A stretch of 64,000 nucleotides of DNA from Candidatus Poseidoniales archaeon (GTDB lineage: Archaea > Thermoplasmatota > Poseidoniia > MGIII > CG-Epi1). Below are positions 33,722-44,045 of the stretch, in pieces (within the stretch, counting starts at the first letter, position 1; each line of letters starts with the position of its first letter). The translations under genes were made by a program, and so were the position numbers. Under the pieces are notes generated by a model. It was not told where the DNA came from and did not search any database. It was given only the letters and a program-made list of their open reading frames with translations. The stretch is taken from assembly GCA_045567855.1 (NCBI GenBank), contig JBJLCC010000037.1:34625-98624 (forward strand), read 5' to 3'.

Positions 33722-35401
33722 GTGAGCCGAAGTTTAAGGAAAGTTAAAGATTCAGTAATTTCGAGTATTAATCAAATATTCAAAGATAGAGAATACCCAA
33801 AACTTCCTATTGATGACAATCCAATCCAGGGTGATTTGTCAATTATTTGTTTTCCTGGCGCTCAAACTTTAAAGAAAAGTCCCGAAGCAGTTGCAAACGA
33901 AGTAGCTGAAATGTTATCAGGTCTTAGGTTTGTTAAGAAAACTTTTATTGTTAAAGCTTTTTGTAACTTAGTGCTGGATTGGGATGGTTTAATGCCTGAT
34001 GTTTTTAGTGATATTATTGACGAGAATTTTGGTAGAGGTTCTCCAAAAAATAAGTCTATTTTAGTTGAACACACCTCCGCAAATGCGACAGGTCCTTTTC
34101 ACATGGGAAGAGCTAGAAATCCTATAATTGGTGATAGTATTTCGAGACTTCTCCGATATAATGGATATAATGTTTCAACAGAGTATTATGTAAATGATAC
34201 TGGCAGACAAGCAGCTACAGTCGCCTTTGGAATTAAGCATTATGAGGCTGGCGAATCTGAAAAGAGTGACCACAAATTAGTGGAATGCTATAGGCAAGCT
34301 TCCGACGATTTAAAAAATGACTCAAGTATAAAATCTAAAATTTATAGTAAAATGGAGCTAATTGAGGGCGGTGACAAAGATGCTCTAACTGAAGTCAAGG
34401 AGGCTGCGGAATTGATGCTTTCAGGCATGCGCTTATCGCTTAAGAGATTAAATGCTGAAGCTGATTCATATTTTCATGAATCAGATTTGATTCGCGATGG
34501 TAGCGTTAATAAGGTAATTAAATCTCTTAAGAAAAGTCATATTTGTGTCGAGGAAAAAGGGGCTTTTTATTTAGATTTAGCAAACAAAAATATAGCTGGA
34601 AGGAATCAAAAATTTTTCTTTACACGGAATAATGGTTTAAGTTTGTACACTACAAGAGATATTGCATATCATATTAATAAATTTGATAGATTTCCAAATG
34701 CTTTGAATGTATTAGGGGAAGATCATAAGCTGCAAAGTAATTTACTTAATCTCGCTCTAGAAGAGTTAAATTCTTCTAAGCCAGATAATTTATTTTATTC
34801 ATTTGTTAATCTTCCAGGAGGTAAAATGTCAACAAGAGCTGGACGTGTAGTTTACTTAGATGACATGATGGATAAAATAGTGAAAGCTTCATTTGCTAGA
34901 TTGGATGAAGCTGATATGTCTAACGATCAAAAACATTTACTCTCTGAAAAAATAGGTATAGGTTCTTTAAGATATAATATTCTTAAAGTACAGGCTGAGA
35001 AAGGTTTTACATTTAGTATAGAAGATGCACTTAGTATACAGGGAGATTCTGCTCCTTTTGCCATGTACTCCCATGCAAGAATGTCTTCAATATTGACTAA
35101 ATATGGTAAAAATCTCCCTCCGTTTACTATCGATTCAGATTTAGTTGAAGCTGAAATTGAATTAGTTCGAGTTATTAGTGAATGGCCTCAAATTGTGAAA
35201 TCTTCAGTAGATAAACTTGCTATTCATATTATTCCAAATTATGTTCATAGATTATCTTCTCAATTCAATAGCTTTTATAGGGATTGTAAAGTAATTGGCG
35301 ACATTAATGAATCCTTCAGGATAAATTTAGTATATTCATCTAAAAGAATTTTGTTTGATGCACTCGATGTTATGGGTATCGAAGCTCCTGAAAGAATGTA
35401 A
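33722..35401 (+). CDS. argS: arginyl-tRNA synthetase
   Basis: HTSANATGPFHMGRARN (HIGH region), KMSTRAG; GTG start. Confidence 0.9.
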   Translation: MSRSLRKVKDSVISSINQIFKDREYPKLPIDDNPIQGDLSIICFPGAQTLKKSPEAVANEVAEMLSGLRFVKKTFIVKAFCNLVLDWDGLMPDVFSDIIDENFGRGSPKNKSILVEHTSANATGPFHMGRARNPIIGDSISRLLRYNGYNVSTEYYVNDTGRQAATVAFGIKHYEAGESEKSDHKLVECYRQASDDLKNDSSIKSKIYSKMELIEGGDKDALTEVKEAAELMLSGMRLSLKRLNAEADSYFHESDLIRDGSVNKVIKSLKKSHICVEEKGAFYLDLANKNIAGRNQKFFFTRNNGLSLYTTRDIAYHINKFDRFPNALNVLGEDHKLQSNLLNLALEELNSSKPDNLFYSFVNLPGGKMSTRAGRVVYLDDMMDKIVKASFARLDEADMSNDQKHLLSEKIGIGSLRYNILKVQAEKGFTFSIEDALSIQGDSAPFAMYSHARMSSILTKYGKNLPPFTIDSDLVEAEIELVRVISEWPQIVKSSVDKLAIHIIPNYVHRLSSQFNSFYRDCKVIGDINESFRINLVYSSKRILFDALDVMGIEAPERM

Positions 35402-35478
35402 TGGTGGTGAGGGAGAGATTCGAACTCCCGTGGTCACGATCTGCAGTCGTGTGCATAGCCGGGCTCTGCCACCTCACC
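35402..35478 (-). tRNA. tRNA-Cys (anticodon GCA), encoded CCA
   Basis: Manual fold: acceptor GGTGAGG/CCTCACC, anticodon arm CACGA-CTGCAGA-TCGTG, T arm GGGAG-TTCGAAT-CTCTC, discriminator A plus CCA; 3' end abuts the argS stop codon. Confidence 0.8.
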
Positions 35479-35513
35479 TACTATTATTGGCAGTAAAGGA
35501 AGTGTATTAATGA

Positions 35514-35738
35514 TTAGTTACTACTTCTTGCGATAGTTCTTGAAATATCTGTAGCATTCATTTTCTTTTTCATATCGCTTAAAAGATTTTTGTAATGAGA
35601 TATTTGTTCGTTAATTCTTTCAATTTCCGTTTTATCTGCATCACCTCTTGAATATCTTTCCTGAACCTTTTCTTTTCTACTTTCCCATTTTTCTAATTCA
35701 TTTAGAACTTCAATGATTTTGTCTTCGACATTTTTCAT
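35514..35738 (-). CDS. small coiled-coil protein, unknown; translationally coupled to fttA
   Basis: 74-aa ORF starting 1 nt after the fttA stop (TAAtATG); heptad-like Glu/Lys/Arg-rich sequence. Confidence 0.5.
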   Translation of the reverse strand: MKNVEDKIIEVLNELEKWESRKEKVQERYSRGDADKTEIERINEQISHYKNLLSDMKKKMNATDISRTIARSSN

Positions 35739-35739
35739 A

Positions 35740-37662
35740 TTACATAAACCTTATTGTTTCTAAATTACTTGGCACTCTGCAATCTAATCTTACCTTTCTC
35801 CTAATATCATTTGCAAATTGCTCACACTTTTGAGGGTCTCCATGATTAAGTAGAACGATTTTAGGTCTTGGTCTTATTGTCCTTAGATATCTCATTAATT
35901 GTCTCTTATCACTATGTCCGGAAAAGCCTTCACACGTTTCAATGTTCATGTTAACTTTTACAGGTATAGTTCCACCTTTCTCACGGTCATGTAGATGTAT
36001 CTCTTTTGCACCTTGTTGTACTCTTTGCCCCATAGTTCCGGCAGCTTGATATCCGACAAACACCATTGTGCTGTTAAAATCAGGAGCCCAGTTTCTAAGA
36101 TATTCCATTACAGGTCCTCCGTTTACCATTCCAGATGTAGCTAAAACAATAGCAGGTTCTTCTCTTCCGCAGATTTCTTGTCTCATCTCCGTACTCTCAA
36201 CTTTATTAAATATTTCAGATCTAAATGGGTTATCTTGATTTTGATAAACCTTGTTTCTTAAATTGTTGTTAAGATACTCAGGATAAGCTGAATGTAACGC
36301 CGTAGCTTCCCATATCATTCCATCAAGATATACTGGCATATCTTTCAATTTCCCTTCGGAATGTAATTTTTCTAAAACTAGCATAACTTCTTGAGATCTA
36401 CCTACTGCAAATACAGGAATCAAAATCTTACCCTTTTTCTCAACAGTTCTATTAATTATATCATACAATGTTCGTGAACCTTCCTCTCTTGCAGGTTGAA
36501 AATCATTGTATCCTCCGTATGTTGATTCCATTATTAATCCTTCTAATCTGGGGAAATGATTTACAGCCCTATCAAAAAGCCAAGTGTTTTCAAATTTAAT
36601 ATCTCCTGAGAAAACGAGATTGTATTGACCATCACCCACGTGAAAGTGGGCGGCAGCAGATCCTAGAATATGTCCGGAATTGTGGAATGTTAATTTTAAA
36701 TCTGGTGAAACGTCAGTTGTATCTCCATAATTTAAAGGGATCGTATTTCTTATTGCTTGCCGTATATGCTCAGTATTATATGGAACTTTTTTACCCTCAG
36801 CATTTTGTATTTTTATGAAATCGTTCTGTAGTAAAGATGCTAGTTCTCGTGTTGGAGGTGTACAATAAATGGGTCCATCAAATCCGTAGACAAAAAGCAT
36901 AGGCAATAACGCTGAATGATCTAAGTGTGCGTGTGTTAGTACCACCGCATCTATTCCTTCGAGTGGAGTTACTTCAGGAGCACTTAGGAAAGGGCTTGGT
37001 TCTTTTTCGTTACCTGGATTAAACCCACAATCTACCAAAACTTTACTATCTTTTGTCATTAAGAGGTGGCAAGATCTTCCAACCTCTTTGTATCCTCCGA
37101 GTGCAGTGACTCTTACATGTTGTTCACCCGGAATAGTATCCCTGAAAATTTTCTTACCTACTCTGGTTAGAAATTTTTTTCTACCTTCAGCCACTTTATC
37201 CTCTAGCATATAATTTCGGATATCTTTCAAAGTTCTGGATTCCATTGGTGAGGATCTTATTACGACAGGATTCCATCCAATCTCTCTCCTAATTTGATTT
37301 AGTACAATTCCATGCTTACCTATAGCTCTTCCCGGGTTACTTGCTTCTAAAATTACATCTCCGTTAATTTCGTCGAATCGAGTATCTACAATTCCAGCTT
37401 CTTCAGGTAATATTTCATTAAGTTTTTGCTTTGCACCCAGTATAGGTTTTCTTACGCTGGAATCTGCCTTAATCACTATTCTTTTTCTAACATTTTGGGC
37501 TAACTTTCTAATTAAATCATTGTTATCTGAAAAAATTTCTAGATTTGGAGTATACAAAACCACATTCGAAGCTTCAACTTTTACGTCAGTGAATGTGATA
37601 TTGTCCGGAATGACTTCTGTTGCGACTTTCTTTACTAGTTTTATTACGTCCTCTACGGCCAT
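35740..37662 (-). CDS. fttA: archaeal CPSF1-like beta-CASP ribonuclease / transcription termination factor FttA (KH-KH-MBL-betaCASP)
   Basis: N-terminal KH domains, HAHLDHSALLP metallo-beta-lactamase motif, 640 aa. Confidence 0.9.
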   Translation of the reverse strand: MAVEDVIKLVKKVATEVIPDNITFTDVKVEASNVVLYTPNLEIFSDNNDLIRKLAQNVRKRIVIKADSSVRKPILGAKQKLNEILPEEAGIVDTRFDEINGDVILEASNPGRAIGKHGIVLNQIRREIGWNPVVIRSSPMESRTLKDIRNYMLEDKVAEGRKKFLTRVGKKIFRDTIPGEQHVRVTALGGYKEVGRSCHLLMTKDSKVLVDCGFNPGNEKEPSPFLSAPEVTPLEGIDAVVLTHAHLDHSALLPMLFVYGFDGPIYCTPPTRELASLLQNDFIKIQNAEGKKVPYNTEHIRQAIRNTIPLNYGDTTDVSPDLKLTFHNSGHILGSAAAHFHVGDGQYNLVFSGDIKFENTWLFDRAVNHFPRLEGLIMESTYGGYNDFQPAREEGSRTLYDIINRTVEKKGKILIPVFAVGRSQEVMLVLEKLHSEGKLKDMPVYLDGMIWEATALHSAYPEYLNNNLRNKVYQNQDNPFRSEIFNKVESTEMRQEICGREEPAIVLATSGMVNGGPVMEYLRNWAPDFNSTMVFVGYQAAGTMGQRVQQGAKEIHLHDREKGGTIPVKVNMNIETCEGFSGHSDKRQLMRYLRTIRPRPKIVLLNHGDPQKCEQFANDIRRKVRLDCRVPSNLETIRFM

Positions 37663-37690
37663 TTGACCTTCCTTAATTGTTGACTTACGT

Positions 37691-38317
37691 CTACAAATTA
37701 GCTTGAATTTTGTCTATCTCTTCTAAAGACACTTTGTGGTATCCTTTTGAATCGATAACACACATTGATATGCCATCACCTGAAGCCGAGTCTCTCTTCA
37801 TTGCTGCAGTTAACGCCCTGACTCCTAGTTCCTTTCCTTCTTTAATAGACATATTTTCCTTAAATCTGTCTTCTAAAACACCATATACGAACGGTGATCC
37901 TGAACCTGTAGTTTGAAATTTATCGGGGATAGATCCTCCTGCAGCATCCAATGAATAAACGTGCCCTCCATCAGAATCAATTCCGCCAAGTAATAATTGT
38001 ACCCAGAATGGCATATATCTTCTTCCATTCATTATATTCGCCATCAATGTTGATGCCGCTTTTAGTGACATGTTTCTTCCGGTTTTAAGCTCATAAAGTT
38101 TAACTTCAGCGGATAACCATCTTGCAAGCATTTGTGCATCTCCTACTAATCCAGCTACCGTCAATCCCATGTTGTCCGATATTCTGAAAAGTTTCTTTGT
38201 AGTCTTGTGTCCAATGAGGTTTCCCATTGTGGCTCTCATTTCCGTAGCCATTACAATACCGTCCTTACAAACTAACCCAATAGTTGTTGTACCTTTTTTT
38301 AAATCTTTTTCTGACAA
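37691..38317 (-). CDS. psmB: proteasome subunit beta (with propeptide)
   Basis: GTTTIGLVCKDGIVMATE (Thr1 active site after propeptide). Confidence 0.9.
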   Translation of the reverse strand: MSEKDLKKGTTTIGLVCKDGIVMATEMRATMGNLIGHKTTKKLFRISDNMGLTVAGLVGDAQMLARWLSAEVKLYELKTGRNMSLKAASTLMANIMNGRRYMPFWVQLLLGGIDSDGGHVYSLDAAGGSIPDKFQTTGSGSPFVYGVLEDRFKENMSIKEGKELGVRALTAAMKRDSASGDGISMCVIDSKGYHKVSLEEIDKIQANL

Positions 38318-38437
38318 AAAACTCCTCCACGAGTAAAACTAATGTTTCATCGGACCCAAGTATATTAGATTAATGGCCATGTCAAAATCATAAACAATAG
38401 TTAAATATCGGCCACCAATCAACACTAGAGGTAAGTA

Positions 38438-39193
38438 GTGTTTAAAGCCAGAATTAAAGCAGATAGCCTGAAAGAATTTATCGGAACCGTTGGTTCATTA
38501 GTCGATGAAGCAAAGATAAATGTTAGTGAAGAAGGTCTTCAAGTTAAAGCAGTAGATCCCTCTCATGTAGCCATGATTGAAGCCAATCTCATGAAATCGG
38601 CATTTGATAGTTTTGAAGTTAAGGATGTTCAGATGGGTCTGGATATTGATAAATTTAAAAGTGTTTTAACTATGGCCGGAAAGGATGAAATGGTTATTCT
38701 AGAAAAGGATGACGAACTTAACAGATTAGTAGTCAACATAGGAAATTTGACAAGAGCTATGCCATTGCTTGATACCTCTGGAATGCCAGATCCCAAAGTT
38801 CCATCATTAGACTTGCCAGCTAATGTTAGCGTAGCTTCTGGAGAAATTGGTCAAGGAATCAAAGCTTCTAAAGCCGTCTCAGATCATATTGCACTTTCAA
38901 CCTCAAAAGACAGTTTTAGGTTAGTTTGTGAAGGCGATAATCAGAATAGGGTTGATTTGTCTCTAGGAAAAGATCAGCTTGAAAAATTAAGTTCATCAGA
39001 AGATTGTACTTCTTTATTTTCATTGGAGTATTTCTCTTTAATGGTAAATTCACTTCCAGCAGATCGCATACTTCACATTATGTTAGGTTCAGACCTTCCA
39101 GTTAAGATAGATGCTGATTTGGCAGTTGATGACGTCACAGGAGCCCAAGGTAATGTTAAATTTCTGTTAGCTCCAAGAATAGATAGAGATTAA
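38438..39193 (+). CDS. pcn: DNA polymerase sliding clamp PCNA
   Basis: MFKARIKADSLKEFIGTVGSLVDEAKINVSEEGLQVKAVDPSHVAMIEANL, 251 aa. Confidence 0.88.
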   Translation: MFKARIKADSLKEFIGTVGSLVDEAKINVSEEGLQVKAVDPSHVAMIEANLMKSAFDSFEVKDVQMGLDIDKFKSVLTMAGKDEMVILEKDDELNRLVVNIGNLTRAMPLLDTSGMPDPKVPSLDLPANVSVASGEIGQGIKASKAVSDHIALSTSKDSFRLVCEGDNQNRVDLSLGKDQLEKLSSSEDCTSLFSLEYFSLMVNSLPADRILHIMLGSDLPVKIDADLAVDDVTGAQGNVKFLLAPRIDRD

Positions 39194-40117
39194 ATGTCAA
39201 ATAAGCATTTTCTCCACATCTCAGACTACAGTAAAGAAGAATTATGGGATATTTTAGAACTATCAAAAGTTGTAAAAGCAAAATTTCATCGTCGTGAGGA
39301 TCACAAAGTATTCCACAATAAATCTTTAGCAATGATATTTGCTAAGCCTTCTGCGCGTACTCGAGTTTCTTTTGAAACTGGCTTTGAGTGGATGGGTGGA
39401 CATGCCTTGTTCCTTGGTCCAAATGATATAGGTATTGGAAAAAGAGAAGCTATCAAAGATATCTCTAGAGTTTTTAGTAGATATAACGACATAGTAATGG
39501 CACGTCTTTTTGATCATGAACATGTAATAGAGCTGGCTAAACATTCTACAGTTCCTATCGTCAATGGTTTGACAGATTACAATCATCCTTGTCAAATAAT
39601 GGCAGATATCTTTACAATTTGGGAGCATCTTGGCAATATTGATAACGCTAAGATAGTTTACATGGGCGATGGAAATAATATTGTTCATTCATGGCTTCAT
39701 TTGTCAATGAGGTTTCCTTTAGATTTTACTTGCTGTTGTCCTAAAGGCTACGAGCCAGACCAAAATTTAGTTGATCAAGCTATAAGTTCAGGTGTTTCAA
39801 ATATTACTATTAGTCAGGATCCCTTTTCAGCCGTGGAAGGTGCTGATGTGATTTACACAGACGTTTGGGCCTCGATGGGCCAGAAAGAAGAAGCCGAAGA
39901 ACGCGAAAGATTATTCAAAGATTTCCAAGTTAATACTAAGTTAATGAGTTCAACTGGAAAAAACACTCTTTTCATGCATTGTTTACCGGCAGAGAGAGAT
40001 AGAGAGGTTACTGATGAAGTTATGGAATCAAAAAATTCAATCGTATTTGATCAAGCTGAAAATAGAATGCACGTTCAAAATGCAATAATGATTATGTTGA
40101 GTGAAAAATGGGAATAG
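39194..40117 (+). CDS. argF: ornithine carbamoyltransferase
   Basis: [10 protein letters not shown] (S[TA]RTR), HPCQ, HCLP motifs. Confidence 0.75.
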   Translation: MSNKHFLHISDYSKEELWDILELSKVVKAKFHRREDHKVFHNKSLAMIFAKPSARTRVSFETGFEWMGGHALFLGPNDIGIGKREAIKDISRVFSRYNDIVMARLFDHEHVIELAKHSTVPIVNGLTDYNHPCQIMADIFTIWEHLGNIDNAKIVYMGDGNNIVHSWLHLSMRFPLDFTCCCPKGYEPDQNLVDQAISSGVSNITISQDPFSAVEGADVIYTDVWASMGQKEEAEERERLFKDFQVNTKLMSSTGKNTLFMHCLPAERDREVTDEVMESKNSIVFDQAENRMHVQNAIMIMLSEKWE

Positions 40118-40956
40118 ACAAAGTAGGAGTTATCGGAGCTGGCCAGATGGGCGCAGGTATTGCCCAAGTTTGCGCATCTATTGGTAAAGTAGTCACTTTG
40201 TGTGATATCAAGCAAGATTTTTTAGATATTGGAATGTCTATAATAAATAGAAATCTAAAGAGAAGTGTTTCTAAGGAGCGTATTACTCAAAAGCAAATGG
40301 ATCAAACTCTTGGTAACGTAGGTATAACTTTAGAAAAAAATGAACTAAAAGACTGCGACATAGTGATCGAAGCAATAGTTGAAGATGTAAACATCAAAAA
40401 AGGTCTATTTTCAGATTTGGGGAATATATGTAGTTCAAATACAATCCTCGCTTCAAATACTTCTAGTATTCCTATAGGTATTTTGGCTGAGGCAAGTGGA
40501 AGGCCAGAGAAAGTTGTTGGGATGCATTTCATGAACCCCGTTCCAGTCATGAAACTGGTAGAAGTAATTAGGGCTACAGATACTTCGGATTATACCTTTA
40601 ACATGACTTTCAATTTGGCGAAAGATTTGCATAAAGTTCCAGTTTTAGTTAATGATTTTCCAGGTTTCGTTAGCAATAGAATCTTATTACCAATGCTCAA
40701 TGAAGCAATGTTTTGTGTTATGGAAGGAGTTGCTGAACCTGAGGCTGTAGATACAGTTATGAAGTTAGGAATGAGTCACCCAATGGGTCCTTTGACATTA
40801 GCTGATTTTATTGGTTTAGATACTTGTTTAGCCATAATGGAAGTACTTCACAAAGACTTAAATGATGATAAATATCGGCCATGTCCACTTCTTGAAGAGA
40901 TGGTCAAAGTGGGTAAATTGGGTAAGAAGTCCGGTGAAGGTTTCTACAAATACTAA
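40108..40956 (+). CDS. hbd: 3-hydroxyacyl-CoA (3-hydroxybutyryl-CoA) dehydrogenase
   Basis: [16 protein letters not shown] Rossmann motif, 282 aa. Confidence 0.85.
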   Translation: MGIDKVGVIGAGQMGAGIAQVCASIGKVVTLCDIKQDFLDIGMSIINRNLKRSVSKERITQKQMDQTLGNVGITLEKNELKDCDIVIEAIVEDVNIKKGLFSDLGNICSSNTILASNTSSIPIGILAEASGRPEKVVGMHFMNPVPVMKLVEVIRATDTSDYTFNMTFNLAKDLHKVPVLVNDFPGFVSNRILLPMLNEAMFCVMEGVAEPEAVDTVMKLGMSHPMGPLTLADFIGLDTCLAIMEVLHKDLNDDKYRPCPLLEEMVKVGKLGKKSGEGFYKY

Positions 40957-40988
40957 TGCTTTAAGTATAAGCACCATTTTAGTATGAT

Positions 40989-41225
40989 ATGTCAGAAAAG
41001 AAAAAAGATGCAATTGAGTCTCTAGGTTTGGATGAAGCACTCGCAGATTTAAAATTCTTAGCTCAGAAAGTTTCCGACATGTCTAAAGATTTAGCAAAAA
41101 AAGCAGTGGATAATGCGGAAGGTGTGACTGACAAAGTTGGAGAGATTGTAGATTCAACTGGGGATGCCTTAATTACTGCAGGGGAAACTATTAAACAGAC
41201 TAAAAAAATGTTTGATAAAGATTAG
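40989..41225 (+). CDS. small hypothetical protein
   Basis: 78-aa ORF, Lys/Asp-rich, no recognisable motif. Confidence 0.35.
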   Translation: MSEKKKDAIESLGLDEALADLKFLAQKVSDMSKDLAKKAVDNAEGVTDKVGEIVDSTGDALITAGETIKQTKKMFDKD

Positions 41226-41788
41226 TTCTTCCACTTGATGTTACAGCCCATTGAAGGTATTTGCACAAATTCTATTTCGTTGCCGCTCAATGTAGCCTCT
41301 ACGGCCATTTTTAATTCTTCACGAGTAACATTTTCTGGCTCTTTCCAGTTGTTATCAAGTCTTCCTCTGTATTTTAATTTTCTATCAGCGTCATAAAGGA
41401 AAATATCTGGAGTGCAAACTGCACTGTATAATTTTGCAATATCTTGAGTTTCATCAAATAGGTATGGAAAGGGATAGTTTTTGGCCTTAGCCTGTTCTGC
41501 CATTTTTTCTGGTGAATCTGCAGGGTAGTTATCAGCGTCGTTTGAACTTATTAGAACGAAATCTACGTTTGAAGAGTAATTATTAGCTAGTTCTATTATT
41601 CGATCTTCTACAGCCTTCGCATATGGGCAGTGATTGCAAGTGAAGATGACTACGAGAACTTTATTTGTAAAATCTTCAATAGATAAATCCTTTCCATCAA
41701 TATTCGGTAAGTTAAAGTAAGGGGCTTTAGAGCCCAGCTTAACCATAGTTGATTCAGTTAATGCCATGATATTGCATCGAGATAGCAT
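41222..41788 (-). CDS. thioredoxin-fold protein (redoxin/TlpA-like, CxxC)
   Basis: VVIFTCNHCPYAKAV CxxC motif in thioredoxin-fold context; true start may be Met8. Confidence 0.6.
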   Translation of the reverse strand: MLSRCNIMALTESTMVKLGSKAPYFNLPNIDGKDLSIEDFTNKVLVVIFTCNHCPYAKAVEDRIIELANNYSSNVDFVLISSNDADNYPADSPEKMAEQAKAKNYPFPYLFDETQDIAKLYSAVCTPDIFLYDADRKLKYRGRLDNNWKEPENVTREELKMAVEATLSGNEIEFVQIPSMGCNIKWKN

Positions 41789-41832
41789 ATTAAGAGTATT
41801 TCTTTTAAACCATGCTAAATACCTGATATAAT

Positions 41833-43224
41833 ATGAAGGCTACCAAAGACATATTTCGTGCATACGATATCCGAGGCGTTTATGGTGAAGAATTGGACGC
41901 AGAAATTGGTGAAAGAGTAGGCTTAGCCTTTGGTAATTTTCTGAGAAATAAGCACAATGGCGGAAAAATCTCTATTGGTTGTGACGCGAGAGTCAGTTCC
42001 CCTGAATTACAAATGGCAGTTTCAGAAGGAGCTTCTAGGGCTGGTTTTGATGTAGACATTATTGGTATGGTTCCAATTCCAGTTGCAAATTATTTTACTT
42101 GGAAATCAAATCTTAATTCAGATGAATATGTCGCGGGTGTTTACATAACTGCAAGCCACAACCCTGCAGAATATAATGGGATAAGGTTTAGACATCCTGA
42201 TGGAACTGGTTTTACTGAAGGAAACGTAGAAATTAAAAGAATATTTTTCGAAGAAAAATTAATTGAGCATAATCAGGGAACAATTAGTAATTTATCATCT
42301 GAAGAAGTTTTAGAGGATTACATGAGGTTTGTTTCAACTAAGGTTGGAAGTTTGAATGGCATGAAGGTTGCTCTAGACCCTGGTAATGGAGTTGGCTGTG
42401 TTGTGGTCGATAAAATATTTGAGCGATTAGGTGCTGAAACACTCAGCATTAACAATACGCCAGATGGTACTTTCCCTAACAGGCCTTCTGAGCCTGCACC
42501 TAAGAATCTAGGGGATCTAATCGAAGTTATGAGCAATGGTGAATTTGATTTTGCAGTTGCCTTCGATGGCGATGCAGACCGTTGTGTGTTTATTGACGAA
42601 GAATCAAACCCAGTTTCAGCAGAGAAAATTGGTATTATAGTTTCGAAAAGCTTGATAACTCCAGATTCAAACAAGGTACTGGCCGGCGTACCTTGTTCGA
42701 TGATTTTAGAAGAAGAAATTCCTAAGATTGGTGGCGAATTGATTTGGATACGAGTAGGAGATGTTTTCGTTTGTGAAGAATTAAAAAAGCATAATGCAGC
42801 AATCGCTATGGAGATTTCAGCTCATTTTTTTGCACCCGGTCTGACGGAATTCATATTCGATGATCCCATTATTTTTAGCTTGAAATTGGCAGAATTTATA
42901 AATAATTCATCTAAAACGCTTGGAGATTTTTCCAAGGAAATTCCATCTTATCCTTATGAAGAATTGAAATTCAAGTGTCCTGATTCTATAAAATTTAATG
43001 TAAATGCGGATCTTGAGAAAACATTCATTGACATGGGATATAAAGTTGAAACAATTGACGGAGTCAAGATTTGGCTGGAAGGTGGTTGGGTTCTGCTGAG
43101 GCCATCAAACACTCAACCAGTAATACGTATGTTTGCAGAGGCTATGGATAATAATAGGTTAAAGGAAATAAAAAGTGAATTTAAAAACTATTTTGATAAA
43201 TCTGTAGAAAAGTTTATTGTTTGA
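41833..43224 (+). CDS. phosphoglucomutase/phosphomannomutase (archaeal GlmM/ManB-like)
   Basis: TASHNPAEYNGIRF phosphoserine loop, GDGDADR metal-binding loop. Confidence 0.85.
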   Translation: MKATKDIFRAYDIRGVYGEELDAEIGERVGLAFGNFLRNKHNGGKISIGCDARVSSPELQMAVSEGASRAGFDVDIIGMVPIPVANYFTWKSNLNSDEYVAGVYITASHNPAEYNGIRFRHPDGTGFTEGNVEIKRIFFEEKLIEHNQGTISNLSSEEVLEDYMRFVSTKVGSLNGMKVALDPGNGVGCVVVDKIFERLGAETLSINNTPDGTFPNRPSEPAPKNLGDLIEVMSNGEFDFAVAFDGDADRCVFIDEESNPVSAEKIGIIVSKSLITPDSNKVLAGVPCSMILEEEIPKIGGELIWIRVGDVFVCEELKKHNAAIAMEISAHFFAPGLTEFIFDDPIIFSLKLAEFINNSSKTLGDFSKEIPSYPYEELKFKCPDSIKFNVNADLEKTFIDMGYKVETIDGVKIWLEGGWVLLRPSNTQPVIRMFAEAMDNNRLKEIKSEFKNYFDKSVEKFIV

Positions 43225-43993
43225 GGACTTAGTTCTTCCAAGCACTTTTACTATTTTGTTTATAGTAATCGTGAGTTTTTCGCTATCTTTTTATGCGAAT
43301 TTTTCTAAAGTTCTTGATAATGGAGGTTCAGTTCTTGCATTTTTAATCTGCTTTGTATCTGGGGTCTTTGGACATTGGAGTTGGCTCTTAATTATTCTAC
43401 TTTTTGTTGGAAGTTCTTTTTTAGCAACAAGATTTGCTATAGTTTACAAAAAAGCTTTGGGTGTGGAAGAAAGCGATGAAGGTACCCGTGGAGGCTCAAA
43501 TGTAATTTCAAATGGAATATTACCACCTCTCATCGCCTTAACATACAGTTTTGGACTTCTCTCGCCTGAACAAGCTTTGGTGGCTTTCACAACTTCCATG
43601 GCGGCTGCAAGTGCAGACACTATGGCTAGTGAAATAGGTGTCCTTTCTCCATCTCCAGTTTTGATTACCAATCCTAGGAAAGTGGTTGAGCCTGGAGTTG
43701 ACGGAGGCATATCTTTTGAAGGCTTAACTGCATCTTTTCTATCGGCGGTGTCAATTTCTATGCTAGCTTATGCTGGTTTTCTTGTGTTAATTGAAGAAAA
43801 GCACGCCTTTTCTGCCTCAATTGAGTTAAATTATCTTTTTATCTCGGTATTTTTTGGTTTTTTGGGCAGTGTAATCGATTCTCTTCTTGGAGCAACGCTT
43901 CAGAATAGAGGGATTTTAACGAACAATGGTGTCAATTTAGTTTCAATTTCAGTCTCAGTAATGTTATCACTGTCTTTTTTAGAAGTTCTTTAG
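43217..43993 (+). CDS. conserved integral membrane protein (DUF92/TMEM19-like?)
   Basis: 258 aa, 6-7 TM, start overlaps PGM stop. Confidence 0.45.
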   Translation: MFEDLVLPSTFTILFIVIVSFSLSFYANFSKVLDNGGSVLAFLICFVSGVFGHWSWLLIILLFVGSSFLATRFAIVYKKALGVEESDEGTRGGSNVISNGILPPLIALTYSFGLLSPEQALVAFTTSMAAASADTMASEIGVLSPSPVLITNPRKVVEPGVDGGISFEGLTASFLSAVSISMLAYAGFLVLIEEKHAFSASIELNYLFISVFFGFLGSVIDSLLGATLQNRGILTNNGVNLVSISVSVMLSLSFLEVL

Positions 43994-44045
43994 TTTTTTT
44001 GAACGTATTTTTATATATTGTCTCTTAACTCGTTTGAAGATATAA

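Noticed and set aside
35402-35478. tRNA-like hairpins on the plus strand of the tRNA-Cys locus
   Set aside because: Only the minus strand gives a canonical T loop (TTCGAAT), 7-bp acceptor with discriminator and CCA, and a 5-bp anticodon stem. The plus strand places the T-like hairpin at the D-arm position.
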